Shown in pieces: positions 18,471 through 28,010 of a stretch of 64,000 nucleotides of DNA. Every line of letters starts with the position of its first letter. The first letter of the stretch is position 1. Below the pieces are notes generated by a model. It saw only the letters and a program-made list of their open reading frames with translations, had not been told where the DNA came from and searched no databases. A program made the translations under genes and the position numbers. Source of the DNA: Acetobacteraceae bacterium (lineage in GTDB: Bacteria > Pseudomonadota > Alphaproteobacteria > Acetobacterales > Acetobacteraceae); contig DATKPQ010000181.1 in NCBI GenBank assembly GCA_035523995.1, forward strand, positions 15,312 through 79,311. Direction: 5' to 3'.

Positions 18471-20132
18471 ATGGATGACTCCCAGCGTGCCGCGCCGGTA
18501 TGGTTTTCGCATGGTGGGCGCCCGTCGTGCCGCAACCACCGAGGGGATGGGCCGCAAGCGATGTCGCAAGACCGGCAAGCGGGAGAAGGACTGACGGGCG
18601 ATCCGAATGATCGCGGCGACCCGAACAATCGCGCGCTGGTCACGGCCTGCGCAATCCTGGCGACCCTGATGCAGTCGCTGGACAGCACCATCGCCAATGT
18701 GGCGCTGCCCTATATGCAGGGCACGATGAGTGCCAGCCAGGACGAGATCAACTGGGTACTCACCAGCTATATCGTAGCCGCAGCGATCATGACTGCACCG
18801 GTCGGCTTCCTGGCCGCGCGCTTTGGACGGACACGCTTTTTCGTCGTGTCCGTGGTCGGATTTACCATTGCGTCGGTGCTTTGCGGGATGGCCCAGACAT
18901 TGGGCCAGATTGTATTGTTCCGCCTTGTGCAAGGCGTGTGTGGCGCGGCGCTGGTGCCGTTGTCGCAGGCGGTATTGTTCGACATCTATCCACCCGAGCG
19001 GCGCGGTGCCGCCATGGCGATCTGGGGGATGGGCGTCATGGTGGGGCCGATCCTTGGCCCCACGCTCGGCGGCTGGCTGACCGAGAATTATAACTGGCGC
19101 TGGGTTTTCTATATCAATGTGCCGTTCGGTATCCTTGCGGCGCTCGGCATCCTGGCGTTCCTCAAAGAGACAAAGCGGTCCGACGGAGTGCGGCTCGATT
19201 GGCTTGGCTTCGGCGCATTGAGCCTGGGGATCGGCGCGTTCCAGATGATGCTCGACCGCGGCGAATTGCTGGACTGGTTCAGTTCGCGCGAGATCATGAT
19301 TGAAGCCTGCCTTGCGGGCCTGGGGTTTTATTGCTTCCTGGTTCAAACCGCCTTCGCCCGGCGGCCGTTCCTGTCGCCGCGATTGTTCATTGATTTGAAT
19401 TATATGATCGGCCTGGCCTTCATGTTCGTGGTCGGGCTGATCCTTTATGCGACCCTGGCATTGCTCTCGCCCTATTTGCAAACGCTGATGGACTATCCCG
19501 TCGTGACGGCGGGCATCGTTCTGGCGCCGCGCGGAGTCGGCACCATGGCAGCCATGGTGCTGTGCGGGCGGCTGGTGGGCCGGGTCAGCGTGCGCCTTCT
19601 GGTGGGGTTGGGATTTGTCTGTACCGCCTATGGGTTGTACGAAATGACATCCTGGACGCCCGATGTTTCCGAATGGACGGTGATCAGCGTCGGTCTCATT
19701 CAAGGTCTGAGCGTCGGCCTGGTTTTCGTGCCGCTCTCCACGGTCGCGTTCTCCACGTTGCCGGCGGAATTGCGCACCCAGGCCACGGGCGTGTTCAGCC
19801 TGATCCGCAATGTCGGCAGCGCGATTGGCATTTCGGTGACCGGTGCACTGTTACAGGACAACACCCAGGTGAACCACGCACTGATCGGCGATGGCGTGAC
19901 GCCGTTCAACCGCAGCCTATGGACTGCCCGCGTGCTGCATTTCTGGAGCCCCGGCGAATTGCATGGCGTCGCGCGGTTGAACGAGGAGGTTACGCGGCAG
20001 GCCAGTACCATCGCCTATGTCGACGATTTCAAGCTGATGATGATCCTGGCCGTGTGTTCAATGCCGTTCGTGTTCCTGATCCGGCCGGAACGGGCAGCCA
20101 GAATCGCCAGCGGGCACGCGGCGATGGAGTGA
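18471..20132 (+). CDS. DHA2/EmrB-family MFS efflux transporter (14 TM)
   Basis: LDSTIANVALPYMQG, GFLAARFGRTRFF, LFRLVQGVCGAALVP, GPILGPTLGGWLTENYNWRWVFYINVP are typical EmrB/QacA-family motifs. Start is ambiguous: ATG 18471 (AAGGG RBS, just after repeat A3) or ATG 18561. Confidence 0.8.
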   Translation: MDDSQRAAPVWFSHGGRPSCRNHRGDGPQAMSQDRQAGEGLTGDPNDRGDPNNRALVTACAILATLMQSLDSTIANVALPYMQGTMSASQDEINWVLTSYIVAAAIMTAPVGFLAARFGRTRFFVVSVVGFTIASVLCGMAQTLGQIVLFRLVQGVCGAALVPLSQAVLFDIYPPERRGAAMAIWGMGVMVGPILGPTLGGWLTENYNWRWVFYINVPFGILAALGILAFLKETKRSDGVRLDWLGFGALSLGIGAFQMMLDRGELLDWFSSREIMIEACLAGLGFYCFLVQTAFARRPFLSPRLFIDLNYMIGLAFMFVVGLILYATLALLSPYLQTLMDYPVVTAGIVLAPRGVGTMAAMVLCGRLVGRVSVRLLVGLGFVCTAYGLYEMTSWTPDVSEWTVISVGLIQGLSVGLVFVPLSTVAFSTLPAELRTQATGVFSLIRNVGSAIGISVTGALLQDNTQVNHALIGDGVTPFNRSLWTARVLHFWSPGELHGVARLNEEVTRQASTIAYVDDFKLMMILAVCSMPFVFLIRPERAARIASGHAAME

Positions 20133-20153
20133 ACGATTCACGACATCAAATGG

Positions 20154-21794
20154 TTATGCCGCGGCACGAGAAGGCATCGCAGCCACATCATCCAGGACCA
20201 TGGCGGCACATTTCTCGCCAATCATGATCGTCGGCGCATTGGTGTTGCCGCCAACCGCAACGGGCATAATCGACGCGTCCGCAACGCGCAAGGCATCAAT
20301 GCCGTGCACGCGCAGCCGCGGATCGACCACCGTGTTAGGTCCATGACCCATGGCGCAGGAACTGGTGGGATGTTGGTTTGAAACGCCGCTCTGGCGCACG
20401 TACTCCTGAAGGTCCGCCTCCGATAACACACCCGACCCGGGCGCGAGTTCCGCGGCGACATAGGGTTGCAGCGCCGCCTGTGCGGCGATCTTGCGCGCCA
20501 AACGGATGCCGAAGAGCACTGCCTGCATGTCGTAATCGGTGCGCAGAAAGTCGAACAAGATGACGGGCGGCGCCAACGGATCGGCGCTGCCGAGGCGCAC
20601 AGAGCCGCGGCCATCCGGGCGAAGATGCACGGGGCTGAGTGTGAAACCGGGGAAAGGATGCGGGATCACGCCGTTCGCGTCGCGGCGGAGCGTGCTCCAT
20701 TCGAACAGATTGATTTGGATGTCGGGACGTTCGAAACGAGGGTCACTGCGGGTGAACAAGCCAGCGTGGACGCCATTGCTGGCCATCGGCCCGGCGCGGA
20801 ACAAGGCATAGCGCACGCCGGCGGCAAGCTTGCGCCAGGTGCTGTTTTCCAGGTCGTTCAGCGTGATGGGCTTGGTACAGCGCCAGCTCACATAGGAATT
20901 GAAGTGGTCATGCAGGTTGGAACCGACCGCCGGCATGTCGCGGACAACCTCGATTCCCACGTCTTGCAGATGCTGTGCAGGACCGAGGCCCGATAACAGC
21001 AGAAGCTGGGGCGAACCGTAAGCGCCGCCCGAGACGATCACTTCGCCGCGCGCACGTGCCGTGCGGCGGCCGTGCTGCGTATGGTATTCTACGCCGACAG
21101 CACGGCGGTTTTGGATCAGCACGCGCGTCGCCTGCGCGCCGGTGACGATCGTCAGGTTTGGCCGCCGGCGCGCGGGTTCCAGATACGCTTTCGCCGTGCT
21201 GCAGCGGCGGCGCTTATGGCTGGTGGTTTGGTAATAGCCGCAGCCTTCCTGCCGTGCGCCGTTGAAGTCCGGATTGCGGGGGATGTCAGCTTGCTCGGCG
21301 GCGGCGAGAACAGCGTCGGCCAGTTCGAAACGTCCGGGTTGGTCGCTGACATGCAGCGGACCGCCGACGCCGTGGAAGTCGCTCGCCCCGTGTGCCTGGT
21401 TCTCCGCCTTTTTGAAGAAAGGAAGCACGGAATCCCAGTCCCAGCCTTCGCAGCCACGCTGGCGCCATTCGTCGTAATCGCCGTGGCTGCCGCGCATGTA
21501 GACCATGCCGTTGATCGAGCTGCTGCCGCCGAGTGTCTTGCCGCGCGGCAGATAGAGCCGGCGGTTGGCAAGCTGCGGCTGCGGCGCGCTTTCGAATTTC
21601 CAGTTTACCTGCGGATTGACGTAGGTCTTGGCGAAGCCAAGCGGGATATGGATCCACGGGTTTGTATCGGGCGGGCCGGCTTCCAGGAGCAATACGCGAT
21701 GCCGGCCGGATTCGGAGAGGCGCGCGGCTACCACGCAGCCGGCACTGCCGGCACCGGTGACGACGAAGTCGTAGGCTTCGGGCTCGCTTGGCAT
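20154..21794 (-). CDS. GMC-family FAD oxidoreductase, paralog 2
   Basis: Colinear with paralog 1 (roughly 60 percent identical by eye): [44 protein letters not shown]...VADASIMP...[33 protein letters not shown] start. Confidence 0.9.
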   Translation of the reverse strand: MPSEPEAYDFVVTGAGSAGCVVAARLSESGRHRVLLLEAGPPDTNPWIHIPLGFAKTYVNPQVNWKFESAPQPQLANRRLYLPRGKTLGGSSSINGMVYMRGSHGDYDEWRQRGCEGWDWDSVLPFFKKAENQAHGASDFHGVGGPLHVSDQPGRFELADAVLAAAEQADIPRNPDFNGARQEGCGYYQTTSHKRRRCSTAKAYLEPARRRPNLTIVTGAQATRVLIQNRRAVGVEYHTQHGRRTARARGEVIVSGGAYGSPQLLLLSGLGPAQHLQDVGIEVVRDMPAVGSNLHDHFNSYVSWRCTKPITLNDLENSTWRKLAAGVRYALFRAGPMASNGVHAGLFTRSDPRFERPDIQINLFEWSTLRRDANGVIPHPFPGFTLSPVHLRPDGRGSVRLGSADPLAPPVILFDFLRTDYDMQAVLFGIRLARKIAAQAALQPYVAAELAPGSGVLSEADLQEYVRQSGVSNQHPTSSCAMGHGPNTVVDPRLRVHGIDALRVADASIMPVAVGGNTNAPTIMIGEKCAAMVLDDVAAMPSRAAA

Positions 21795-21831
21795 TTTTGG
21801 CGTGTTCCTCCCAACGGCGCCGCCGCGCGAT

Positions 21832-24135
21832 TCACGCCTCCGGCGGCGCGTAGGCACGAATTGGCGGCAGGTTACCGCTAAAACGCATCACGTCCACTGC
21901 AGTAAGCTGCCCTGTGCAGCCCTGGGCCAGGCGCGATGTGCCGGCATCGCGCGTCAGCACATTCGGATTGCCATGCGCGCACATCGGCGCCGGTTCCTCG
22001 GGATCAGCCGGATCGTACCAGGCGCCGGTCGGCAGATGCACGACGCCGGGACACACATCCTCGCTCAGCGACGCCGCGGCGAGACAGGCGCCGCGATCGT
22101 TGAACAATCGGATGATGTCGCCGTCCGCAATGCCACGCGCCGCGGCGTCGGCCGGATGCAGCCGCGCAACTTCGCGGCCGCGCCGCTTTCCGTCCTGGCT
22201 GTGCGTGCCGAAATCCAACTGGCTGTGCAGCCGCCGCGCAGGCTGATTGGCAACCAGCCACAATCCATGCCGCGCATCCGGCACATCCTCCGGCGCCAGC
22301 CAGACCGGGTGACCGGGACAGTCGGGATAGGAAAATCCGGCGATAGTTGCTGAAGCGATCTCGAGTCGTCCGCTGGGCGTTGGCAGAGGATGCGCGTCCG
22401 GATCGCGGCGGAACGCGCCAACGATACCGCCATCATCGGGCGCCATCGGCAACACCAGCTCTCCGCGCCGCCAGAATTCGTCGAAGTCCGGCGCGTCGTG
22501 ACCATGCTCTGCCAGAGCTGCCTGTGTCTGCCCATACAGGTGCCGCAACCAGCCGTCGGCATCGCGGCCTTCGGTGAAGGCGTCCGCCTTGCCAAGGCGA
22601 TCGGCCAGCGCGGCGAAAATCGCATAATCGTCACGGGCTTGTTCGAAGGGGGCGACCACTTTGTGCATCGCCACCATCAGCGCATCGGCCGAGCTGGCGC
22701 CGATGTCGTTACGCTCCAGCGTCATCGTCGCGGGCAGCACGATGTCGGCGTGGCGCGCGGCGGGGGTCCAGGCGCTGTCGTGCACCACGAACGTCTCCGG
22801 ACGCGCAAACGCGCGCCGCAGCCGGTTCAAATCCTGATGGTGATGGAACGGATTGCCGCCGGCCCAGTACACCAGACGGATATCGGGATAAGTGAGGGTG
22901 CGGCCGTTGTACTCGAACGCCTCGCCTGGATGCAGCAGCATGTCGGCGATGCGCGCGACCGGAATGAAATCGGCGACCCGGTTACGCCCCTGCGGCAAGG
23001 TGGGCAGCGGCACGATGACTTCGCGCCGTCCGTAATGGCCCATCGTGCCGAGCGCATAGCCATACCCGCCCCCCGGGAACCCGATCTGCCCGAGCATGGC
23101 GGCCAGGACCATTGCCATCCAGACCGGTTGCTCGCCATGCTCTGCGCGTTGCAACGCGTGCGCGACGGTGATCAGCGTGCGACGCCCCGCCATCGCGTAT
23201 GCCAGCGCCACGATATCGGCCGCCGGAATACCGCAGATCGCCGCCGCCCAGGCCGCATCCTTCGGCTGGCCGTCGTCGCGTCCGGCCAGATACGATTCAA
23301 ATGTTTCATAACCCACGCAGAAGCGGTGCAGGAAGGCGCGATCGTGCAGCCCCTGCGCCATCAACGTATGCGCCAGGCCAAGCATCAGCGCGGTATCGGT
23401 ATTGGGCACCACGGGTAGCCAGTCCGCTCCAAGTTCCGCCGGCAGATCGTCGCGCAGCGGGCTAACCAGCACGAATCGCGCGCCGCGCTCCCGGGCAGCG
23501 CACATGGCGTCGCGTTCGACATGTTGGCTGACGCCACCGGCCGCGATGGCAGAGTTCTTCAGCGCCAGGCCGCCGAATGCGACCACCACGTCGGTATGCG
23601 CCGCGATCTGGTCCCAGGTCACGCCGCGCCGGCCGATTGCATCGAGCGACCCAATAATATGCGGCAGAATCACCGACGACGCGCCAGCGCTATAACTGTT
23701 CACCGAGCGGACGTAACCGCCGAGCACGGTGTTCAAAAATCGATGGAGCTGTCCCGGCGCGTGATGGAATCGCCCCGCGCTCGCCCAGCCATAGGAACCA
23801 CCGAAGATCGCGCCCGGACCATGTGTGTCGCGCACCCGGGCAAGGTCGGCCGCAAGCAGGTCGAGCGCACGATCCCAGGATACTGGAACGAAGTCGTCGC
23901 GCCCACGCCTGTTATCCGGACGCGGTCCATGCTCCAGCCAGCCGCGCCGTACCATCGGACGGGCGATGCGTGCCTGGTGGCGCGGCGTGGTGATGAAATT
24001 CTCCAGGATGGCGTTGGGATCGGGATCGCCGTGATGCGGCCGGACCTCGATGCGCCCGTCGTGCCAACGCGCAGAAAAGGCGCCCCAATGGGCACTGTGC
24101 GGCCGCCAGCCGCTCGCTGTTGCGTCTTCAAGCAT
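21832..24135 (-). CDS. molybdopterin (bis-MGD) oxidoreductase, BisC/TorA-type S-/N-oxide reductase family; no signal peptide visible
   Basis: Full-length colinearity with my memory of E. coli BisC: SAHWGAF..., FVPVSWDRALDL, GSYGWASAGRFHH, SYSAGAS (Mo-ligand Ser region), MLGQIGFPGGGYGY, DIRLVYWAGGNPFHHHQD, HADIVLPATMTLERND, YPDCPGHPVWL, ANQPARRLHSQL, AHGNPNVLT. Confidence 0.85.
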   Translation of the reverse strand: MLEDATASGWRPHSAHWGAFSARWHDGRIEVRPHHGDPDPNAILENFITTPRHQARIARPMVRRGWLEHGPRPDNRRGRDDFVPVSWDRALDLLAADLARVRDTHGPGAIFGGSYGWASAGRFHHAPGQLHRFLNTVLGGYVRSVNSYSAGASSVILPHIIGSLDAIGRRGVTWDQIAAHTDVVVAFGGLALKNSAIAAGGVSQHVERDAMCAARERGARFVLVSPLRDDLPAELGADWLPVVPNTDTALMLGLAHTLMAQGLHDRAFLHRFCVGYETFESYLAGRDDGQPKDAAWAAAICGIPAADIVALAYAMAGRRTLITVAHALQRAEHGEQPVWMAMVLAAMLGQIGFPGGGYGYALGTMGHYGRREVIVPLPTLPQGRNRVADFIPVARIADMLLHPGEAFEYNGRTLTYPDIRLVYWAGGNPFHHHQDLNRLRRAFARPETFVVHDSAWTPAARHADIVLPATMTLERNDIGASSADALMVAMHKVVAPFEQARDDYAIFAALADRLGKADAFTEGRDADGWLRHLYGQTQAALAEHGHDAPDFDEFWRRGELVLPMAPDDGGIVGAFRRDPDAHPLPTPSGRLEIASATIAGFSYPDCPGHPVWLAPEDVPDARHGLWLVANQPARRLHSQLDFGTHSQDGKRRGREVARLHPADAAARGIADGDIIRLFNDRGACLAAASLSEDVCPGVVHLPTGAWYDPADPEEPAPMCAHGNPNVLTRDAGTSRLAQGCTGQLTAVDVMRFSGNLPPIRAYAPPEA

Positions 24136-24161
24136 ATGAGGGATCGTGCCTTCGGTCGTGA

Positions 24162-24347
24162 TCAGAGATCAGCCACGCGGATCCACGCGGCAATGCCGGC
24201 GGCTACCAGCACACCGGCCGCGATGGTGGCGGCGCCATCCGCCGCCAGTTCATGTGCCACCGCGGTCCATAACACGAGCACTGCAATGCCGACCGCTATG
24301 CCGCCGATCAGGCTCGCCTTGCCGGTCTTGACACTGCGGCGTGGCAT
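24162..24347 (-). CDS. small two-TM membrane protein (61 aa)
   Basis: Start ATG shares one base with the TAA stop of the upstream hydroxylase gene (TAATG). Two hydrophobic helices. Lies 26 nt upstream of the molybdoenzyme gene. Confidence 0.5.
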   Translation of the reverse strand: MPRRSVKTGKASLIGGIAVGIAVLVLWTAVAHELAADGAATIAAGVLVAAGIAAWIRVADL

Positions 24348-25129
24348 TATTCTGCTGCCGCCGGCACGTGGCCGACGCGCACATCGTCGGTCGTGTTGCG
24401 TACGCGCTTCAGATCCCGCCGCACGAAGCGCGTGTCATAGCCGTTGAACAAGTGCCGGATCAGACCGCAGCGGAGATCGGACGTGCCGAAGAACCAATCC
24501 GCCACCGGGTAGGTCAGGTTGAAATTCCGCTCCATCATCAGCGCCGTGTTGTGGTGCGCGATGTGGTGGCGGCGCAGCGAGTTCACGATCGGGATGTGCC
24601 GTACGATCCTGTCGTCCTTCACGTGGCAGCAGAAATGGAACAACTCGTAGTTGAGGTACAGGGCCACATTGGTGATCAACAGCAGCCAGCCGGCATTGGC
24701 CAGCCCCGCCGCGCCCAGGATCGCGGCGAATGGCAGCGACAGCGCCATGAACGCCACCAGCGCATAGGGCGGGAAAAACACGATGCGGAAGTCGCGCGTG
24801 TTGTCGATGGTGGGCTCGATATGGGTGAAGAACTGGTGGTGTGCCAGCGTGTGGCGTTTGTAGATGCCCATCAAGCCCTTTACCGGCCGGTGCATCACGT
24901 AGCGGTGGATCCACCATTCAAACGCGTTGGAGATGCAGAACGCGACCGGGATCACCAGGAACTCGTACCAGGCCGGGTGGCTGATCTGCCGTGCGCAGTA
25001 CCAGATCGCGGCGCCGCCCAGCGCGTAGATCAGCGCGACATGCGCCCAGCCGATATAGGCAGGGGCGATGCGGGCGCGGAAGTCGGCGCGGAACGCCGCC
25101 TGCCGCTGCGACATCCTGACAGAGTCCAT
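24347..25129 (-). CDS. fatty acid hydroxylase / sterol desaturase family membrane di-iron protein
   Basis: Histidine boxes HRYVMH, HTLAHHQFF, HFCCH and RRHHIAHHN in a 4-TM protein. Start at MDSVRMSQ chosen; alternatives are 25180 and 25114. Confidence 0.75.
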   Translation of the reverse strand: MDSVRMSQRQAAFRADFRARIAPAYIGWAHVALIYALGGAAIWYCARQISHPAWYEFLVIPVAFCISNAFEWWIHRYVMHRPVKGLMGIYKRHTLAHHQFFTHIEPTIDNTRDFRIVFFPPYALVAFMALSLPFAAILGAAGLANAGWLLLITNVALYLNYELFHFCCHVKDDRIVRHIPIVNSLRRHHIAHHNTALMMERNFNLTYPVADWFFGTSDLRCGLIRHLFNGYDTRFVRRDLKRVRNTTDDVRVGHVPAAAE

Positions 25130-25230
25130 GGCACCATCCTCCGACCGCCACAGATAGGATGAAAGTCCAGGTGGCGACAAGAGGCTCGCGCCCCGGCATA
25201 GTCGCCGCCCAGGAACCGAAGGGAGGCAGA

Positions 25231-25686
25231 ATGCTCCACGTGGAGAAGCCCGCCGATATGAAAGCCTATGTCGGCAAGCATCTTGGCACCAGCGATTGGG
25301 TCACGATCGACCAGGCGATGATCGACAAGTTCGCCGATGCCACCGGCGACCATCAATGGATCCATGTCGATGTCGAGCGGGCGAAGCGCGAGATGCCAGG
25401 CGGCAAGACCATTGCCCACGGCTTCCTGACGCTGTCATTGCTCGCCGGGCTTGCGCATCAGATCTACGAAATACGCCAGCGGTCGCGCGGGATCAATTAC
25501 GGGTCCAACCGGGTACGCTTCACCGCCCCGGTACCGGTGGGGTCGCGGGTGCGGCTGTCGCAGACGCTGAAGAACGTCGAGGACATCGATGGCGGCGTGC
25601 GCATGACCTTCGAGAGCACGATGGAGATCGACGGCAGTACGCGCCCGGCGCTGGTGGCGGAGACGCTGAACCTTGCCTACGGCTGA
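25231..25686 (+). CDS. MaoC-like (R)-specific enoyl-CoA hydratase/dehydratase family protein
   Basis: SDWVTIDQAMIDKFADATGDHQWIHVDVERA...GKTIAHGFLTLSL hot-dog-fold hydratase motif. GGGAGG RBS. Confidence 0.85.
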   Translation: MLHVEKPADMKAYVGKHLGTSDWVTIDQAMIDKFADATGDHQWIHVDVERAKREMPGGKTIAHGFLTLSLLAGLAHQIYEIRQRSRGINYGSNRVRFTAPVPVGSRVRLSQTLKNVEDIDGGVRMTFESTMEIDGSTRPALVAETLNLAYG

Positions 25687-26083
25687 ACCCCCGGCGGCGG
25701 TTGCCACGGTCCACGTGGACGACGCACCGGAGGTGCTTGCGCCGGACGGATCGGCTGTTCGCGTGCTGGTGCGCACAGCCGGCGGCAGCATGGCGCGGTT
25801 CAGCCTGCCGGGGTTCGGGGTGTCGCGTGCGGTGGTGCACCGGACGGTCGATGAGTTATGGTATTTCATCGCCGGCTGCGGGCAGATGTGGTTGAGGTAC
25901 GGCGAGCAAGAGTCGATCGCCGATGTTGTCCCGGGGACGTCGATCGCCATTCCGGTCGGTACGGAATTCCAGTTTCGGTCATGCTCTGCGGATACGCTGC
26001 ACGCGGTCGGGGTCACGATCCCACCATGGCCGGGAGAAAGCGAGGCTGCGGTGGTCACCGGCCCGTGGTCGGCAACCGTGTAA
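25673..26083 (+). CDS. cupin domain protein
   Basis: HRTVDELWYFIAGCGQMW...VPGTSIAIPVGTEFQF cupin motifs. TTG start in the track, so the true start is uncertain. Confidence 0.6.
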   Translation: MPTAEPPAAVATVHVDDAPEVLAPDGSAVRVLVRTAGGSMARFSLPGFGVSRAVVHRTVDELWYFIAGCGQMWLRYGEQESIADVVPGTSIAIPVGTEFQFRSCSADTLHAVGVTIPPWPGESEAAVVTGPWSATV

Positions 26084-26149
26084 TCAATGAATTAAGCGGC
26101 ACGCCTGCGTCCGTCGTGACGGGCTTAGCCGGCCACTGGTGTGCCGCGT

Positions 26150-27298
26150 TTAGCGTACCAGCGCCGCCAGCAACGCGTCGAGCCGCAGGCGTCCGGCCGG
26201 TCGTGTTGCTAACCGACCGTCCATCAGGCGCACATAGCCTTCGGCCTCGGCCTGGGCCAGCACGCCGGTGTCGACGGCTTCTTCCAGTGATACGCCGGTG
26301 CGGGCGGCAAAACGGGCCGTGTCGATGCCCTCGGTCAGGCGCAGGCCCATCAGCAACATTTCGCGCACCTTCTCTGTCCCGCCTAGCGCGGCTTGTTCCG
26401 CCGTGCCGTGGCCGCCCTGCGCTACACGCTCGGCCCATATCTCGGGTGCGCGATGACGGCGCGTGGCAAGCAAATCCGGTGCGAGCGTGAGCCGGCCATG
26501 TGCGCCGGGGCCGATGCCGGCGTAGTCGCCGTAGCGCCAATATGTCAGGTTGTGGCGGCTCTCCGCACCCGCGCGGGCATAGTTCGAAACTTCATAGGCG
26601 AGCAAGCCGAACCGTGCCGCTTCCTCGGCTGTGGCTTCGTACAGGGCGGCGGCGGCGTCCTCGTCCGGCAGTACGATGTCCCCTCTTGCATGACGGGTGG
26701 CGAACGCGGTGCCCGGCTCGATGGTGAGTTGGTAAAGCGACAGATGGTCGGCGGCCAGAGATAGTGCTGCGCGTAGCTCGGCGCGCCAGGCGGCCAGGGT
26801 CTGTCCGGGGCGGGCATAGATCAGATCGAAGGACACGCGTGGGAAGGTGGTGCGTGCGATTTCCAGCGCCGCGCGCGCTTGCGTGGCGGAGTGCTGGCGG
26901 CCGAGCAAACGCAGCGCGTCGGGGTTGAGGCTTTGCACGCCGAGCGAGAGGCGGTTCACGCCAGCTTGGCGAAAGGCGGCAAGGCGCGCGGCTTCGACGC
27001 TGGTGGGATTGGCTTCCAGGGTAATTTCCAGTCCAGGAACAGGGTCGAACCAGCGGCATGCATCCTGGATCAGCGTGGCGACAGTGTCGGGCTGCATCAG
27101 GCTTGGCGTGCCGCCGCCGAAGAATATGGAGGTGAGCGGACGCCGTCCCAGGCGAGCGGCTTCCCAGGCGAGTTCCGTGCGCAGCGCGGTGCGGAAGGCG
27201 TCCTGCGGGATGCGCTCCCGGACATGGGAGTTGAAGTCGCAATACGGGCACTTGGCCAGGCAGAACGGCCAGTGGATGTAAAGCGCGAGCGGTTCCAT
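26150..27298 (-). CDS. hemW: radical SAM family heme chaperone HemW (coproporphyrinogen III oxidase-like)
   Basis: LYIHWPFCLAKCPYCDFNS (CxxxCxxC), FFGGGTPS, HemN_C-like C-terminus. Start at MEPLAL. Confidence 0.85.
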   Translation of the reverse strand: MEPLALYIHWPFCLAKCPYCDFNSHVRERIPQDAFRTALRTELAWEAARLGRRPLTSIFFGGGTPSLMQPDTVATLIQDACRWFDPVPGLEITLEANPTSVEAARLAAFRQAGVNRLSLGVQSLNPDALRLLGRQHSATQARAALEIARTTFPRVSFDLIYARPGQTLAAWRAELRAALSLAADHLSLYQLTIEPGTAFATRHARGDIVLPDEDAAAALYEATAEEAARFGLLAYEVSNYARAGAESRHNLTYWRYGDYAGIGPGAHGRLTLAPDLLATRRHRAPEIWAERVAQGGHGTAEQAALGGTEKVREMLLMGLRLTEGIDTARFAARTGVSLEEAVDTGVLAQAEAEGYVRLMDGRLATRPAGRLRLDALLAALVR

Positions 27299-27372
27299 GG
27301 CGGAGAGATAGGGCACCGTTCGGACAGGCGCGACCATGCTCGCCGGGCGTAGCGCAAGATCGGAACATTCCT

Positions 27373-27960
27373 GTGACGAATAGAAACGCACGTCGTGGCC
27401 TGCATGCCGCACCATCGCTCTACGGGACCGGCGTGGGTACCCAAAGCGTTCTCGGCAACGGGTTCTTCCTGAACTCGATCATCCAGCAGGCCTATCAGAC
27501 ACCGGGTGGCGTCGGTTCCTTCGCGGCATTCAACATCGGCGTTTGCAATGCGACCGGGACGAAGCCGGGAGACGCTGCGGCGATGCAGCCTTACGTCAAC
27601 AACGTGCCGCTGATTTCCATCAGTTCCGCAGGTTGCTCACCGTTCGCGACACTGTCTGGGCCGCAGGCCGTTGCCACGGGCGTGGTCACAACGCTGACCG
27701 CGGCGGTCGATATGCAATTTAACCCCATTGCGGGCGGCGGCGCGGCAATCACGCTGCCCTGGGGCGACGACCTTCCGGACCTGAGTGCGACGACGCTCAA
27801 CAACGATATCAACAGTGGCGCGTCGCTTTCTACCGTCCTCAACGATATCCAGACTCTGGACCCGGCCATTACTCAGCAAGTGGCAGAGCCGGCAATGCTG
27901 ATGTTGTTCGGCGTCGGGCTCGTCGAACCGGGTGCGGTGCAGCGGAGATTGCGTGTCTGA
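27373..27960 (+). CDS. PEP-CTERM-like C-terminal anchor protein, apparently lacking a signal peptide (possibly a truncated remnant)
   Basis: GC3-rich frame. The C-terminus VAEPAMLMLFGVGLVEPGAVQRRLRV resembles a degraded PEP-CTERM sorting signal (PEP - hydrophobic - RRR). The N-terminus abuts the hemW upstream region, with a GTG start and no secretion signal. Confidence 0.4.
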   Translation: MTNRNARRGLHAAPSLYGTGVGTQSVLGNGFFLNSIIQQAYQTPGGVGSFAAFNIGVCNATGTKPGDAAAMQPYVNNVPLISISSAGCSPFATLSGPQAVATGVVTTLTAAVDMQFNPIAGGGAAITLPWGDDLPDLSATTLNNDINSGASLSTVLNDIQTLDPAITQQVAEPAMLMLFGVGLVEPGAVQRRLRV

Positions 27961-28010
27961 CACCGGCCGACTTGACGATTCTACGGTCCGGGGAGCGGGT
28001 GGCGCAGCGC

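Noticed and set aside
16879-19703. 530-aa (+) and 411-aa (-) ORFs antisense to GMC paralog 1 and the DHA2 transporter
   Set aside because: Shadow ORFs with no motifs, opposite to well-supported genes.
22390-24447. 342-aa and 308-aa plus-strand ORFs inside the molybdoenzyme gene
   Set aside because: Antisense to a gene colinear with BisC over its whole length.
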